Source: Craspedostauros australis (lineage: Eukaryota). Taken from it: 43,216 nt of DNA. Where the stretch lies: positions 62,001 through 105,216 of the forward strand of contig JALAGF010003606.1 in assembly GCA_030167865.1 (NCBI GenBank), read 5' to 3'. The stretch's first letter is position 1. Every line of letters begins with the position of its first letter. The notes beneath the pieces are model-generated. The model worked only from the letters and a program-made list of their open reading frames with translations, had not been told where the DNA came from and ran no database searches. Both the position numbers and the translations under genes were made by a program. Of the stretch, positions 21,701-31,800 are shown piece by piece.

Positions 21701-23403
21701 GGTACCTCACGAAACTGCGATACTTCTCCACCGCGCAGAATGGCCTCGATCACAGCATTCCCACCGAGATCGGGCGGCTGGTGGAACTCGAACTCCTGTG
21801 GATGCACAACAACCAACACGTAGGTCGTATTCCGTCGCAGATTGGCAATTTATTGAACTTAATGGATGTGCGTATGGACAGAAATCGGCTGACGGAATCC
21901 ATCCCATCCGACATTGGCAAGCTGCTGCAACTCGAAGTGCTCGACCTTGCATTCAACAACCTGGACGGGGTGCTGTCCGATGAGTTCTTCAATGCCCAGG
22001 CAATCAAGTATCTCGATCTCAAGAACAACCAACTGTCCGGAACGCTGTCATCCAACATCCGCACCATGACGAAAGCCAATCGCATCTTTCTGGAAAACAA
22101 CGACTTCCATGGCCCGCTGCCACCAGAAATCGGGTACATTCAGAACCTCACGGACTTTGTCATCCACGACAACAGGTTCAGCGGCACAGTGCCATCCCAA
22201 ATCTGCTCAACAGATGCCGACCCAAGCAGCGGAATGCAAGACGGAAACATCCCGGTGCTTGCCGGATTGGGCGTTGATCGATTCCTGGTGGACTGCGGCG
22301 AAGTCCAATGCGACGAATCGTGCTGCACCTGCCAATGCAAGCCTTTCACGCATTTCACCACCTTGATCACCATCGACGTGAACCGCCTGTTCCCAGATCT
22401 TGAGGATAGGCATATCAAGGTGCTGCAAGATGAATTTGTGAAAACGTACAACGATTTCGCCGACAAGAACTGCGATCCGTTTTACAGGAGCGTCAAGAGC
22501 GCAGAGATCGATTCGTTCGACCACACTTCCGTGAAGGGGAAGACCCTTGCGATGTTCAATGTCACCGGATGGTGCCAAGGATGCCCCGCGTCCGATGCGT
22601 CCATCTACGACGAAGATGCTCTGAAGGATCAGCTGGTGGGACGACCGGAAAGCAGCAGCTGCGAGTGCCCGAGGAGTTCATCCGTGAAGAGAGCACCGAC
22701 AGAGCGGGAGGTGGTTGATGCGTACCGCGCGGCCGTATTGAAGACGGGGCTGGTTGAACCCACCGAGGAACCCACAACATCTCCGTCCAATGTTCCTTCG
22801 AGGATGCCCACCGCATCGCCTTCAATGCATCCATCCACAGTGCCGTCCGTTGCACCATCGTCACTTCCTACCATGCGGCCCACAGGCGGCCCAACTTTCT
22901 TGCCGACATCGAATCCGACCTCAACGCCGACATCCCTGCCAAGTTCAAACCCGACCGCCCAACCCTCATCGCAGCCGACATCAGGACCGACAGTTGGGCC
23001 AACAACACAACCGTCATCTTTGCCCACGTCAAATCCCACATCGCAGCCGTCATCTTTGCCCACGTCGAACCCCACATCACAGCCGACATCTTTGCCCACG
23101 TCTCAGCCAACATCCATTCCGACTTCGCAACCAACGTCGCAACCAACGTCACGGCCAACGTCACAGCCAACGTCACAACCAACATCACGGCCAACATCAC
23201 AGCCAACCGCCAGACCAACGTCGCAACCAACGTCACGGCCAACCGCCAGACCAACCTCACAGCCAACCGCGAGGCCAACAAGCCGACCAACATCACGGCC
23301 AACCTCGAGACCGACAAGCCAGCCAACGAGGACGCCAACAGCAAAACCGACAGAACTCCCCACCGCACCTCTAACTCAGGGACAACAAGGCACTGGCATC
23401 TGA
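18721..23403 (+). CDS. Membrane-anchored LRR receptor-like protein without a kinase domain
   Basis: About 715-aa disordered N-terminus, one TM (20869-20940), PS-repeat stalk, diatom-type cap (PQASAFDWL...QRFVL..LY.ST.G..W....NW......C.W), a run of 24-aa plant-type LRRs (L..N.L.G.IP.EIG.L), a Cys-containing domain and a PTSQPT tail. ATG at 18721. Confidence 0.9.
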   Translation: MNAREGRSDSWTGRTVDPTGRTVTSPHFGAGDRPDPQGQAPAFRGWRHAPRGGSLHNPGSVHSSSSGSNDSGRHSVPSLGFNRASSNDRDQLGTQDGFVFNKTPVKPGFVTNFLRAPNTTMVSSLFCGLSLPAENGENGENDDSTSPSRAWQANPPSFKYGQSARAIRSSRSQASTASTASTGASTILSSSTAASPAREDSPHSSSAGSPLRPKFPYDENDETNDSFEMKKDDGNVRSASATVNDGSVFHPRILPAQESRDHTLGILPNPYAAKPATLSATNMGHNGIMDDDDDASQATTESATRKSIFSSVMLDAMDTSDDYDAATYGLIQQYSRVKQEPPKKRNPVADFCGFLNHQKEAPPPVDCNNLSLLHILSPPVKQTASKQPTVVAATPTPVQEPAMTPQPDAVTSARQRSTTPVQTPMPTPVPTPVPTPEASPAQSPKASLRRIAVSEPAPTPTPSPTPTPPPAPTPTQMLERSPSPARIPMPLSIRAPEITTTSTPMPVTPRAPTPAPLTPLPGPAASNQTGFLTLFDSVMAGASTPTIERDDAEVDNHSVPSLYRPRELESNSAPLVLDMYQQEQPQLTRDWHQANSASAEQPNVLGDVDNSIANYHTMHLLGGDTSSSVGPSAGWDDTEAPTSNQLADHDSNENSNDESERMMLAMFANEDGTEAQIQSRNDSFAQPRSPTRQRPNNESSEPTQSSYRKLVGDTSRAACFCIMFTICLLLVILIMVILHFSGTDVGFGGSDNDSRAASDAQDPIITQFPSHAPSHVPSLVPSVAPSVSPTDSQTPSFSPSVRNDPTLEFFMSHLPTSTRTAIDNDPSSPQASAFDWLQNDPSLLDLSFDRRMQRFVLTLLYLSTEGETSWKNNANWTSYESHECTWFQSPPSTQPVCAQNGTLITLALDDNNLRGDIPLELSKMTSLQYVSLASNGLMGPIPSDLGLLTDLQHLSLSQNTLEQMIPTAIGNVRQLTHLNLLSCALTGPVPTEIGYLTKLRYFSTAQNGLDHSIPTEIGRLVELELLWMHNNQHVGRIPSQIGNLLNLMDVRMDRNRLTESIPSDIGKLLQLEVLDLAFNNLDGVLSDEFFNAQAIKYLDLKNNQLSGTLSSNIRTMTKANRIFLENNDFHGPLPPEIGYIQNLTDFVIHDNRFSGTVPSQICSTDADPSSGMQDGNIPVLAGLGVDRFLVDCGEVQCDESCCTCQCKPFTHFTTLITIDVNRLFPDLEDRHIKVLQDEFVKTYNDFADKNCDPFYRSVKSAEIDSFDHTSVKGKTLAMFNVTGWCQGCPASDASIYDEDALKDQLVGRPESSSCECPRSSSVKRAPTEREVVDAYRAAVLKTGLVEPTEEPTTSPSNVPSRMPTASPSMHPSTVPSVAPSSLPTMRPTGGPTFLPTSNPTSTPTSLPSSNPTAQPSSQPTSGPTVGPTTQPSSLPTSNPTSQPSSLPTSNPTSQPTSLPTSQPTSIPTSQPTSQPTSRPTSQPTSQPTSRPTSQPTARPTSQPTSRPTARPTSQPTARPTSRPTSRPTSRPTSQPTRTPTAKPTELPTAPLTQGQQGTGI
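22770..23370 (+). repeat. Coding degenerate 12-nt tandem repeat encoding (P-T/S-x-x)n mucin-like tail
   Basis: Repeated CCAACGTCGCAA/CCAACATCACGG-type units translating to PTSQPTSRPTAR... Confidence 0.9.
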
Positions 23404-24793
23404 GCGCACTTCGCTGCTCTCCTCCCCAAGCTTGGCCGGATCGAGAACAAAGTTCGATCTTTCGCGGAACACACCGGAGCAGTCCAAACACGGCCTCGTG
23501 CCATGTGTGGACCCTGCCACCATTCAGTTCCGAATCAAGCAAGGCAGTTCAATTCACATTCAGGCCTTGGCTTCCAAATGTCCCACGCATTCATCTAGGA
23601 GGTCAATCAGGTATAGCGCATGATATGAGTAAGGTAGAGTAACCCGTTATTAAGTCGTCCGCACAATGCCCTGGACAGCACAGAATCGTATGAAATTTTG
23701 GAATAGAGTGCGCTGCTGAACATCATCATTCCATGTCTTGCACAGCTCCTCTCCTTCCTCATGAATACCACTCGGACGGTCAGTCTCTGTCGGGGACGAT
23801 CGTCGCGGTCTGCACTCAACAGGATCTTCGATTTCTCCATCTCGAGACGGGCAAATCACCACCAAAGCGTTCCTTCCTGACCCCACAAGACGTCATGACT
23901 CGGAAAACGATCTCAACATGATCTGAGCTCTTCAGCAATTGCTTCCATGGTCGATGTGCATTGGTGTGGTGGTCGCACGAGCATCGGCATGTACATCGTC
24001 GTGAGTTCCGTGGTGTAGTGGGTGTGGTGGCCACGGCGAACAAATGGCGAAGTCGCCAGCGTTGGGGAGCCACGTCTGATTTGTGATGATGTCATCCCTG
24101 TTCATTGTTGAGATCCCCAGCCTCCCCCCGCAGTGTCGCTCGAGCGCAGCCAAAAAGGCGAACCCTGGCGAAATCATCGAATTGTCGTGACTGGAACTTG
24201 GTTCTGAGCGCGTTCCCGTGATCGAAAACAAACCTGTACCCAAACCAGGATACCGCGTACGAGGTATGGCAACTGTGAACGACGAACCTCAAAGCAGCCT
24301 CCGCGATCCGTCGTCCTGCATGAAGGAAACGGTGAAGAGCCGAGCATATCGGGGCTTCTATTATTGTGTTGCATTGCAGAATACTATTGTATACGCTATT
24401 GCAATGAGCATCGTGGAATTTGACTAGTGAAACGACGATGCGGCCAGTTATGTCTATGACTGCGATGGCGTCGATGTGGATGTAGGAAGAGAGAGAGAGA
24501 GCGAGAGGCGTGGGGTGGGGTGGAACAAGAGACAGTTCATGTGTTTTCGGTACTGTGCGCGGCATGCTGCTGTCATGCGGGTCCGTCGTCCATGCCGAGC
24601 GTAACAATATCTCGCATCCAACGCTGACGCGATGTTGAGATTAGATGATGATGATGGTGAACGGCAAGATTTAGCTCTACTCTGATTTATTTTGCTCCAA
24701 TTCCTGTCCCATGTTTTCATGCAATTGTGTCGCACAGTATACCCATGTTGGGTGGAGTTACAGAATCAACCACGCCGTCCAACATAGATGCAT

Positions 24794-25246
24794 TCAGCTG
24801 CTATCGTCTTGCTTTTCCTTGCCTTGAACTATGTCAGTGAGCATCTCGTTTGCATGCTGAAGCAGATGGACGCAGCCCGAGAATGCGGCCCCAGCTTTGC
24901 CCAATCTCTCCACCATCAGGTCCAGCTCCTTTGTGAAGGCCTCATACTCTTTCCGCTTCAGCTCGATTTCCAAGGGCGGCCGGACAGCTCGGACATTGTG
25001 TTCTTTGGCAAACTTCTTTACCCAACTCTCGCTGCAAACGAAGGATTCGATTGCTTTCTTCTCTTTGGCGTCGAGGAACGCTTTGGCTTCGTGGAGTCCG
25101 AGGATATGTTGCTTCGTTTCAAGGCCCTTCGAAACGATGAATTTGGTCGACACCCTCTGTCGTTTGTGCTCTGACTTCCTCGCGTTGGCATCAAAGAAGT
25201 CTATCATCAATCGAGAGAGGTGGTGAAGGGGATCTCTGAGATTTGC
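24794..25246 (-). CDS. CENP-B/pogo-type HTH DNA-binding protein, exon 2 (Tc5/CENP-B second HTH plus helical tail)
   Basis: VSTKFIVSKG...FVCSESWVKKFAKEHNV resembles the F.AS.GW...F..RH.I signature of HTH_Tnp_Tc5. Stops about 50 aa later with no DDE domain. Confidence 0.7.
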   Translation of the reverse strand, partial: ANLRDPLHHLSRLMIDFFDANARKSEHKRQRVSTKFIVSKGLETKQHILGLHEAKAFLDAKEKKAIESFVCSESWVKKFAKEHNVRAVRPPLEIELKRKEYEAFTKELDLMVERLGKAGAAFSGCVHLLQHANEMLTDIVQGKEKQDDSS

Positions 25247-25734
25247 CTTCCCAGTAAATCGTGAAATTCAGAGCGGTGCAGAAGAAACATCGCGTGTTAG
25301 TGAACGTCAGTGAAATCATAGCAGCAGCAGCAGCAGCGGCGGCGGCAGCAGCGTTGGCGCTGATACTAGGGTGGCGCGAGAGAGCTGCTCGTACACGCAC
25401 CGCTGTGCCAAAGTCAGAGACGACTCGAACGCGTTCATTTTTGGGCTGCAACCATGCGTACCGTCAGATAGCGCCACACGTCAAGCGGCCTGTCCGAGAA
25501 CTGTTTGACGCTCAGCAACAACCAACAACCGGCAACGCCACGAAGAAGCACCGCCGAAACAGTCAAAGCCATACATAACCGATATCATCAAGCCAGGTAT
25601 TCAAGCACACGCGCACGCGTACGGGTGCGCATTGAAGTTCATGGTCTTCATTGTAGTTGCACACCGCCCAACTCCATAGCATAACATAGTACAGCGCAGT
25701 CCTCATACAGCACAGCGCTGTGGGTGCAACTCAC
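25247..25734 (-). other. Spliceosomal intron (488 nt, phase 0)
   Basis: GTGAGT donor, ACTAAC branch-like motif about 50 nt before the AAG acceptor, and an in-frame join KGWNRK|ANLRDPLHHL. Contains a GCT/GCC triplet run. Confidence 0.7.
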
Positions 25735-27417
25735 TTTTCGGTTCCAGCCCTTCTGTTGGACTGATCGCTTGATTCGAGATGCATTGGAAGTCTTCTGCCA
25801 ATCTCGGAGCGTATTCTGCGGGATGTCGTACTTTATCGACAACTCTCGTATCGTGCAGCCAGGATTCTTGGCTTCTCGCAATATCCTGGATTTAAGCAAG
25901 TTGTCGTATCGTCTGCGGTTCTTCTTGGCCTTCTGCACCGTCTTTGCTTTCGCTCGTGATTGGGACGGTACCGTTGCTTGCAGTTCGGGGGATGGGGACG
26001 GCGCAGACGCATGGCTTGAGCTTTCGGACGCTCCATTCGTCCCTACCGCCTGTGGATATTGAACAGATGAAGGAAAGGAGCTTCGTTGATGTTGATGTTG
26101 ATGCTCGAAGTCGGTCATGCGAGTGTCTCTGATCTGGTTGGCCATGCTGTTAGTTGTTGGTGGGCCTGTTTGCCCAGCTGCAAAAAATGGATCTGCCGCA
26201 AAACTCCGTGGTGTGGAGATAGCCATCATGTCTGGGTTTGCTGCTCGTGCTGCGTTAGACCCCGCAAGTACATGAGCCTGTGCGTCTGCTGTCGTGCTGA
26301 ATGGTAAGGGATGGTCCTGAACAGGAAGTAGCGATGATATGCCTGCAATTGCGTTTGCATTCGCATTCGCACTTTCATTGGTCGATTTGGAGCCCAGAGG
26401 TAGAAGCTCTAACGCCGACGTCCACGAGGTGTGGGGCATTGCCATGGCTGACCAGGGAGGTGATAGTGATGGTATCTGTGACGACACAGGCTCGAAATCA
26501 TTGCTGGCGATTGCATGTCCTCTCGCACCAGCTCGTCGGCGCTCATGAGAAGGGTCGATGATCATTTCGTTTTGTTGACGTCCATGGTCATATCTGAAGA
26601 TGTTTGGATGTGCAACGTGCCCGCCTTGCCTTTGATATGTGGAATCGGGATTTGCGCTCGTTCGGTGCCTGTTTTCATCTGACTGGTGCTGAGGATGACC
26701 GTGATGATCATGCTGATGCTGATGGTGCCGTTGATGCTTGTGACGAGCGGAGTGATCAAGAACGTGGCGGCGGTTGTTAGTGTTGTTCGTTCGGGAGTCA
26801 ATATGGCCTGGAGTCTGCAGGGAGGCTTGGAACGGGGACCGAGCTGTCGTTGATGGGGTATCAATGTCAAAGATATCATCGTACGCATCAAAGTCTGCAT
26901 CTCGCGATGCGTGGACTTTCTGCGAGTCTTTGTGCTCTCGTTGGTGACTTTGTGGCGGCCATGAATCTGCGCCTGGCCGTCCATGATGAGATTGTACGGT
27001 GGCAACATTTGAAATCGGAAATGCTGATTCCAGTTTCGTTGAATCTGTCTCTTGTTGCTCCTGCTGCGGTGGCGGCGGCGACCGCTGCAGTGCTGCTCCG
27101 TCATCGCTCTGTCCCTGCAAATACGTCTCTCTGTGTTGCTCGGAGAGCGTTCCCGTTGGTTGCTGCGTTAAACTGCTGCAGCCATCGTTGTTGACATCGT
27201 TGTTGCTATTGTCATTGCTGCTGCTTTTGGCATCGGCGTGGTTGCTGCCAAGAATGCCATCATCAGGAGTGCTACCGGTGTTCGGCGCATCGGTCTGTGA
27301 TCGTCCCTCTGCTGGTGTCGAGGAGCGAGTTGCGCCACGAAGACTGACTTCGTCGTCGTCGCCATGGTTCGTTGTTTCTGTTGTTGATGAACACTGAGAA
27401 TTGCCATCGTGAGACAT
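25735..27417 (-). CDS. CENP-B/pogo-type HTH DNA-binding protein, exon 1
   Basis: Long disordered region from ATG 27417, then a psq/CENP-B-N-like HTH RRRYDNLLKSRILREAKNPGCTIRELSIKYDIPQNTLRDWQK. Phase-0 donor GTGAGT starts at 25734. Confidence 0.78.
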
Positions 27418-29479
27418 GCTTGCTACTGAGATACTCGTACTTTTGGTAGTACGAAGTGTGTGAGAGGAGCCTCCCTCACCTGTGTGCACCGAGTTCCGCT
27501 GTCTTTCTGTGGTCGAGAAGCGGAAAAATGTGTGGTGGTGGAAAATGGCATCGGAAGTGTCTGTTTCCAAAATGTTGGACACCCACGGGAGTGTGTTCGT
27601 CATTCCTTTGATGCCTCTCCATGGTTGGGTGGCGACCAATCCACGAATACGAGACCCGACCACGCAAAAGGGCGAATCGCCATACCTACGAAGAAAACTA
27701 CGAGACAGTACACGGGGTTGAAGGACAATTTTGCCTCGTCATCCTCACCAGTTTGTTGGGACTTTTTCTCCGATCTTCGCTGTGCCTGGAGAAACGTGAA
27801 CCCTTCCTGTGCCGGAATTGACGTGAATTTCGCTGGTTATTTCGGTCAGCCTCAACATGGTCCCATGACTCTACGATCGATGCTGTAATGTTTGTGCAAA
27901 CACGAGTACACTTCTAGCCGGGAGAAACAGGGTTCATGGGAAAGCGAAGAGGAGACATCAGAGACAGAGACACGCCGACAGAAAACAGCAAACAAGAGAC
28001 ACACGAAGAGGAACTCCCATGGTGGGGAGATGTCGTAGCCTACTAGTATTGTACTCGTACGAGCTGTGATGCGAGTAGATCGTAGATGTGGTGGCTTACT
28101 GATTCTGATACGAATACAAGTAAATCCTCAGCCTGATCCAGAAGTCTGTCGTCGTACACAGTGTCGTGGTATGGAACAAAGACTCCTCAACTTTATTCCA
28201 CTCTCTTCTACTCTGTGGGGATAGAGAGCAGCAGACCATCGGAGTGACCTTTCAGTCGACTGGAATACGTGTACCACACGTTGCACGTTGGTGTTCGGAC
28301 CGTATGGTAAATTACAGGACTCTCAAGTGTGTACAAAAGTGGGATACTCTATTACATCGCCGCAGAATCACGGTCGGGGATGTGTGATGCGGTATGCCCG
28401 CCATGGGTTTGAAACAGGCATCGATTCAGCCGCCTCCCGAGGGGCACCGCGATCTTCGTTTCTTGTTGGCGCCAATTCTCCCAGAGATCCTTCCAGAGCA
28501 CCACAGAGTACTTTCTTCTCCTTCTCCGCCGCCTGCTCGCCGTCGCCGTCATTGCGGTCTTCCCCTTTCTCATTCTGATTGCACAATCCCGAGTATGCAG
28601 GCGTCTCCATCTTCCCTCATCGTACCGATTTACGATCTGTTTAGTATGGAGCGTGAGCCCGTACCTCCTGAGCCATCTCTAGCCTCGCCTCGCCTCAATT
28701 CGCCCAGCATGCCAAGTCCCCCTCTGCTTGCCAGGAACCGGATACGCTGTACCTTCTGCAGCGTTGGGACGGAGGGAGACGATTCTATCCTCCTCTCCTC
28801 GCCTCTGTTCGGTGCAGCTGCCGACCGATTTGGATTGAAGTCGGATGACAAAAAAGAGAGATCGATGCAGATTCAAGAAAAAAAGACGATGATGTGCTGG
28901 CAACAAGCGAATGAGGACGGGCATTGCCCACGAAACAATGGATTAGACCGGCTATGATGGACGACTGGACTTGGGAGTGCATAGAATATCAGATTGGTGA
29001 ACTTCATGTCGCCATTCCAAGGTTGCATGATGTTTGTGACGTCTGACGTGAGAGGAGGTACTTAATGAAGGAGGTTGTCTCTCGTTCTCTTCCATCGTTG
29101 TGAGCTGTTCTTCTCGGCCAAGGGACTCCAATAGAATAAACTGTTCTTTCTTTTGCATTCCAAAAGATGTCAAGCCATGCATCCATATCCTCGATATATC
29201 TATATGTGCTCTGCGGCGCCCATAATGGACACCTGCGGTCGAATGCCCACGCTGGTCAGGAATGCTCCGAGATGGCACTCCCCCTTGAATGCTTTGGAAG
29301 AGAATGTAGACCAGACAAGATCACATTTACTCCGCGGGCGCGCTGCTCTACTCGATTCGGCCCAGCCACTGCAAAACCGTCCGGGCAACATTGCTCTCGT
29401 TGCTGTCGTGCTATCCCTCCACGCGAGACTGTCGTTGTTCCGGTTCATAGTAATATAATATGTTGTTGCTTCGGTAGAT

Positions 29480-29539
29480 GCTCCAGTAGTTGCTCCAGTA
29501 GTTGCTCCAGTAGTTGCTCCAGTAGTTGCTCCAGTAGTT
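29480..29539. repeat. Perfect 12-bp minisatellite (GCTCCAGTAGTT)x5
   Basis: Five identical contiguous copies with no spacers. Confidence 0.97.
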
Positions 29540-29726
29540 GTCCGAAGGGGTAGCTGTCGTCTGAGGCTTTGACCGTCTTCTCTCTGCGTTGTTCACGTAA
29601 TTTTCTTGTGACGTTTCTCTTCTTCTATTCATAGTTCATTGATATGCGTGTGATGTCATTTCTGTACCTGACAGAATTGCATTGTGAATTGTGATGACGT
29701 GCACCAGCCAATGAAATCAATAGAGT

Positions 29727-30260
29727 ATGAAGGCAGAAGGAATTTCAGTTGCGGAAATGAGTCCATTCACAGTTGCCACGGACATGAAACTGGATGCGCT
29801 GTTCCAACAAATAGCGTCGCAAATGCGGTATGAATTCTGGTTACCGAGCGTGGTCTCGGATGATTTGCATCGGGCATAGAGTATTGGTGTTGGTGAGATC
29901 ACCAAAGGGGAGCAGAGCGTGTCGGAGGCACTCCTTTCACAAGGTATCCAGATGCGCCTCGATGAAGCATAGTGCATGCTCTTTCAAAGAATGGCGATAC
30001 CTTGCCCACCAGAAGGATGCGTGGGAGTGGTGGCGCTCGTGGGGAAGCGCGGGTTGGCTGCTGCGACAGACAGGCCAAATTGGTTGGATGCGCCCGTGAA
30101 CGAGACGTGCGCAACAGCCTTTGAAAGTCTCCAAATAACACATGATGCGGTAGACTTTGGGGACCTGGTCTGGTTCGCGACTGATTTTGTCGCATGTCGT
30201 GAGAGCGGGATCGCTGGAACTCACAGCGACTCGATCCTGCGCTGTGATGAGTGGTCATAA
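29727..30260 (+). pseudogene. Possible decayed reading frame (177 codons, two internal TAG)
   Basis: ATG 29727 to TAA 30260 in one frame, with stops only at 29877 and 29970. Protein-like composition but no family recognised. Confidence 0.25.
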
Positions 30261-30620
30261 AATCAACCCGACCCGGTTAACACAACCACACACTCAAACA
30301 ACGACAAAACACAACACAAAAAAGCTCCAAGGCAACAGGATCACAAACCCAACAATACCACGGTATCTCAAACCCCCACTAACAATCGAGGTGACAAAAC
30401 AAACACAAACACTGGGCAAGCGCTTCACTCTGTTGGTCTACTCGACTTCACACCATACCTACCGATACCACCACCACGCCACAGTCTCCATAAAACAGAC
30501 ACCATCCACTAAATCTAACTTCCTCAACGCACACAACTTCAAGACACGAAACGTCACAACACACACAAACCATCCAGCATCAACAACAACAGCAGCAGAA
30601 GCAACAACAACAGCAGCAAC

Positions 30621-31784
30621 ATGACTTGCAATTCAATCCTCGAGCCGATCACCACGGACATGGGCGCACTGAAACGTCCCGCACCGATCCACGTCTTCCC
30701 CTGCAAGCTGTTCACCATGCTGAGCAGCACGGAGGAGGACGGCAAGGAGCACATCGTCTCGTGGCTGCCCAACGACCAAGGCTTCCGCGTTCATGACCAG
30801 AAGGCCTTCGTCGCCGAAATCCTCCCAACCCACTTCCGACAGAGCGCGTACAGATCATTCCAGAGACAGCTCAACATCTACGGCTTCGCGAGGTGTCGGT
30901 CGGGCGTGCACTCGGGCTCATACAGCCACCCACTGTTCCTCAGGGGACGCATGGACCTGGCGGCGAAGATTATGAGAACGAACTGCGGCAGCAAGACGCA
31001 CAAGAAGCTCAAGCACATCAGCATCGCCAAGATCGACGAAGTCACCGAGGACGACATGGCCTTGATCAAGACGCGCCTGGAATCTCACACCTCCTCCGCG
31101 CCAATGACGACGCTGTCCAGTAGTGCCAGCACGCCGATCGCCTCGACTTCCTCCACTCCGCCAGCTCCTTGCCTCGTCTCTTCGCGCTCTGCTCCAGTGC
31201 GCTCCGAGCGTGCTTCGCGATCGCGCAGTAAGATCCTGAAGAAGGCCCACTCCGCATTCACCGGCGAGAACGAGAGGCAGGAGGAACAGTGGAAGAAGCA
31301 GCACCTCGCCAACCAGCCGGACGGCGATGACACGCTAATACCGCCGCCGAAGCTCTCCCTCGTGTCATCTGTCTCGCTGACTCTCAAGAAGCACAGCCCG
31401 CTTCATTTCATCGACACCGACCTTGGCACGCGAGAGATCATGGATCAGATCGACCGCAATGTGTTCGATCTGTTCGAGTTCCAGCCGGAACCTGTGCCAG
31501 AGCCGGAGCCAGTCAAGATCGACGCGGCTCTCGTCATCAGAAATATGCAGTTATACCTGCAAAACGGAGGAGATGTGAGCCCCGACCAGGGAGACAGTGT
31601 CAATTGCGATTACAACGCAGAGGACGATCAGGATACCCATTGTTTCGGCTGCTTTCCGGAAGTGACCCCGTCTTTGGTACCAACGTTCGGGGGCAACCAT
31701 ATCAGCCTGCTGGGTCCAGACAGGCAGAATGGCTTCCTCAGCTACGATAGATCTTCCACTATCGGATCATCTGTAGAGCTCTAA
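30621..31784 (+). CDS. Heat shock transcription factor (HSF DNA-binding domain)
   Basis: FPCKLFTML...IVSWLPNDQGFRVHD...F...ILPTHF.QS.YRSFQRQLNIYGF...YSHPLFLRG. Intronless, preceded by an A/C-rich leader. Confidence 0.95.
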   Translation: MTCNSILEPITTDMGALKRPAPIHVFPCKLFTMLSSTEEDGKEHIVSWLPNDQGFRVHDQKAFVAEILPTHFRQSAYRSFQRQLNIYGFARCRSGVHSGSYSHPLFLRGRMDLAAKIMRTNCGSKTHKKLKHISIAKIDEVTEDDMALIKTRLESHTSSAPMTTLSSSASTPIASTSSTPPAPCLVSSRSAPVRSERASRSRSKILKKAHSAFTGENERQEEQWKKQHLANQPDGDDTLIPPPKLSLVSSVSLTLKKHSPLHFIDTDLGTREIMDQIDRNVFDLFEFQPEPVPEPEPVKIDAALVIRNMQLYLQNGGDVSPDQGDSVNCDYNAEDDQDTHCFGCFPEVTPSLVPTFGGNHISLLGPDRQNGFLSYDRSSTIGSSVEL

Positions 31785-31800
31785 AGAGAGAGAGAGAGAG
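31785..31800. repeat. Microsatellite (AG)x8 immediately after the HSF stop
   Basis: Directly visible. Confidence 0.9.

Noticed and set aside
23432-24735. Short ORFs between the LRR and HTH genes
   Set aside because: No motifs or consistent coding frame; treated as intergenic/3' UTR.
28166-29458. ORFs such as 28394..28957 and minus-strand fragments
   Set aside because: Frames are short or broken and no family was recognised. A decayed gene cannot be excluded without a search.
29480-29539. CRISPR-like array
   Set aside because: Units are 12 bp and contiguous with no spacers, there are no cas genes, and the context is eukaryotic.
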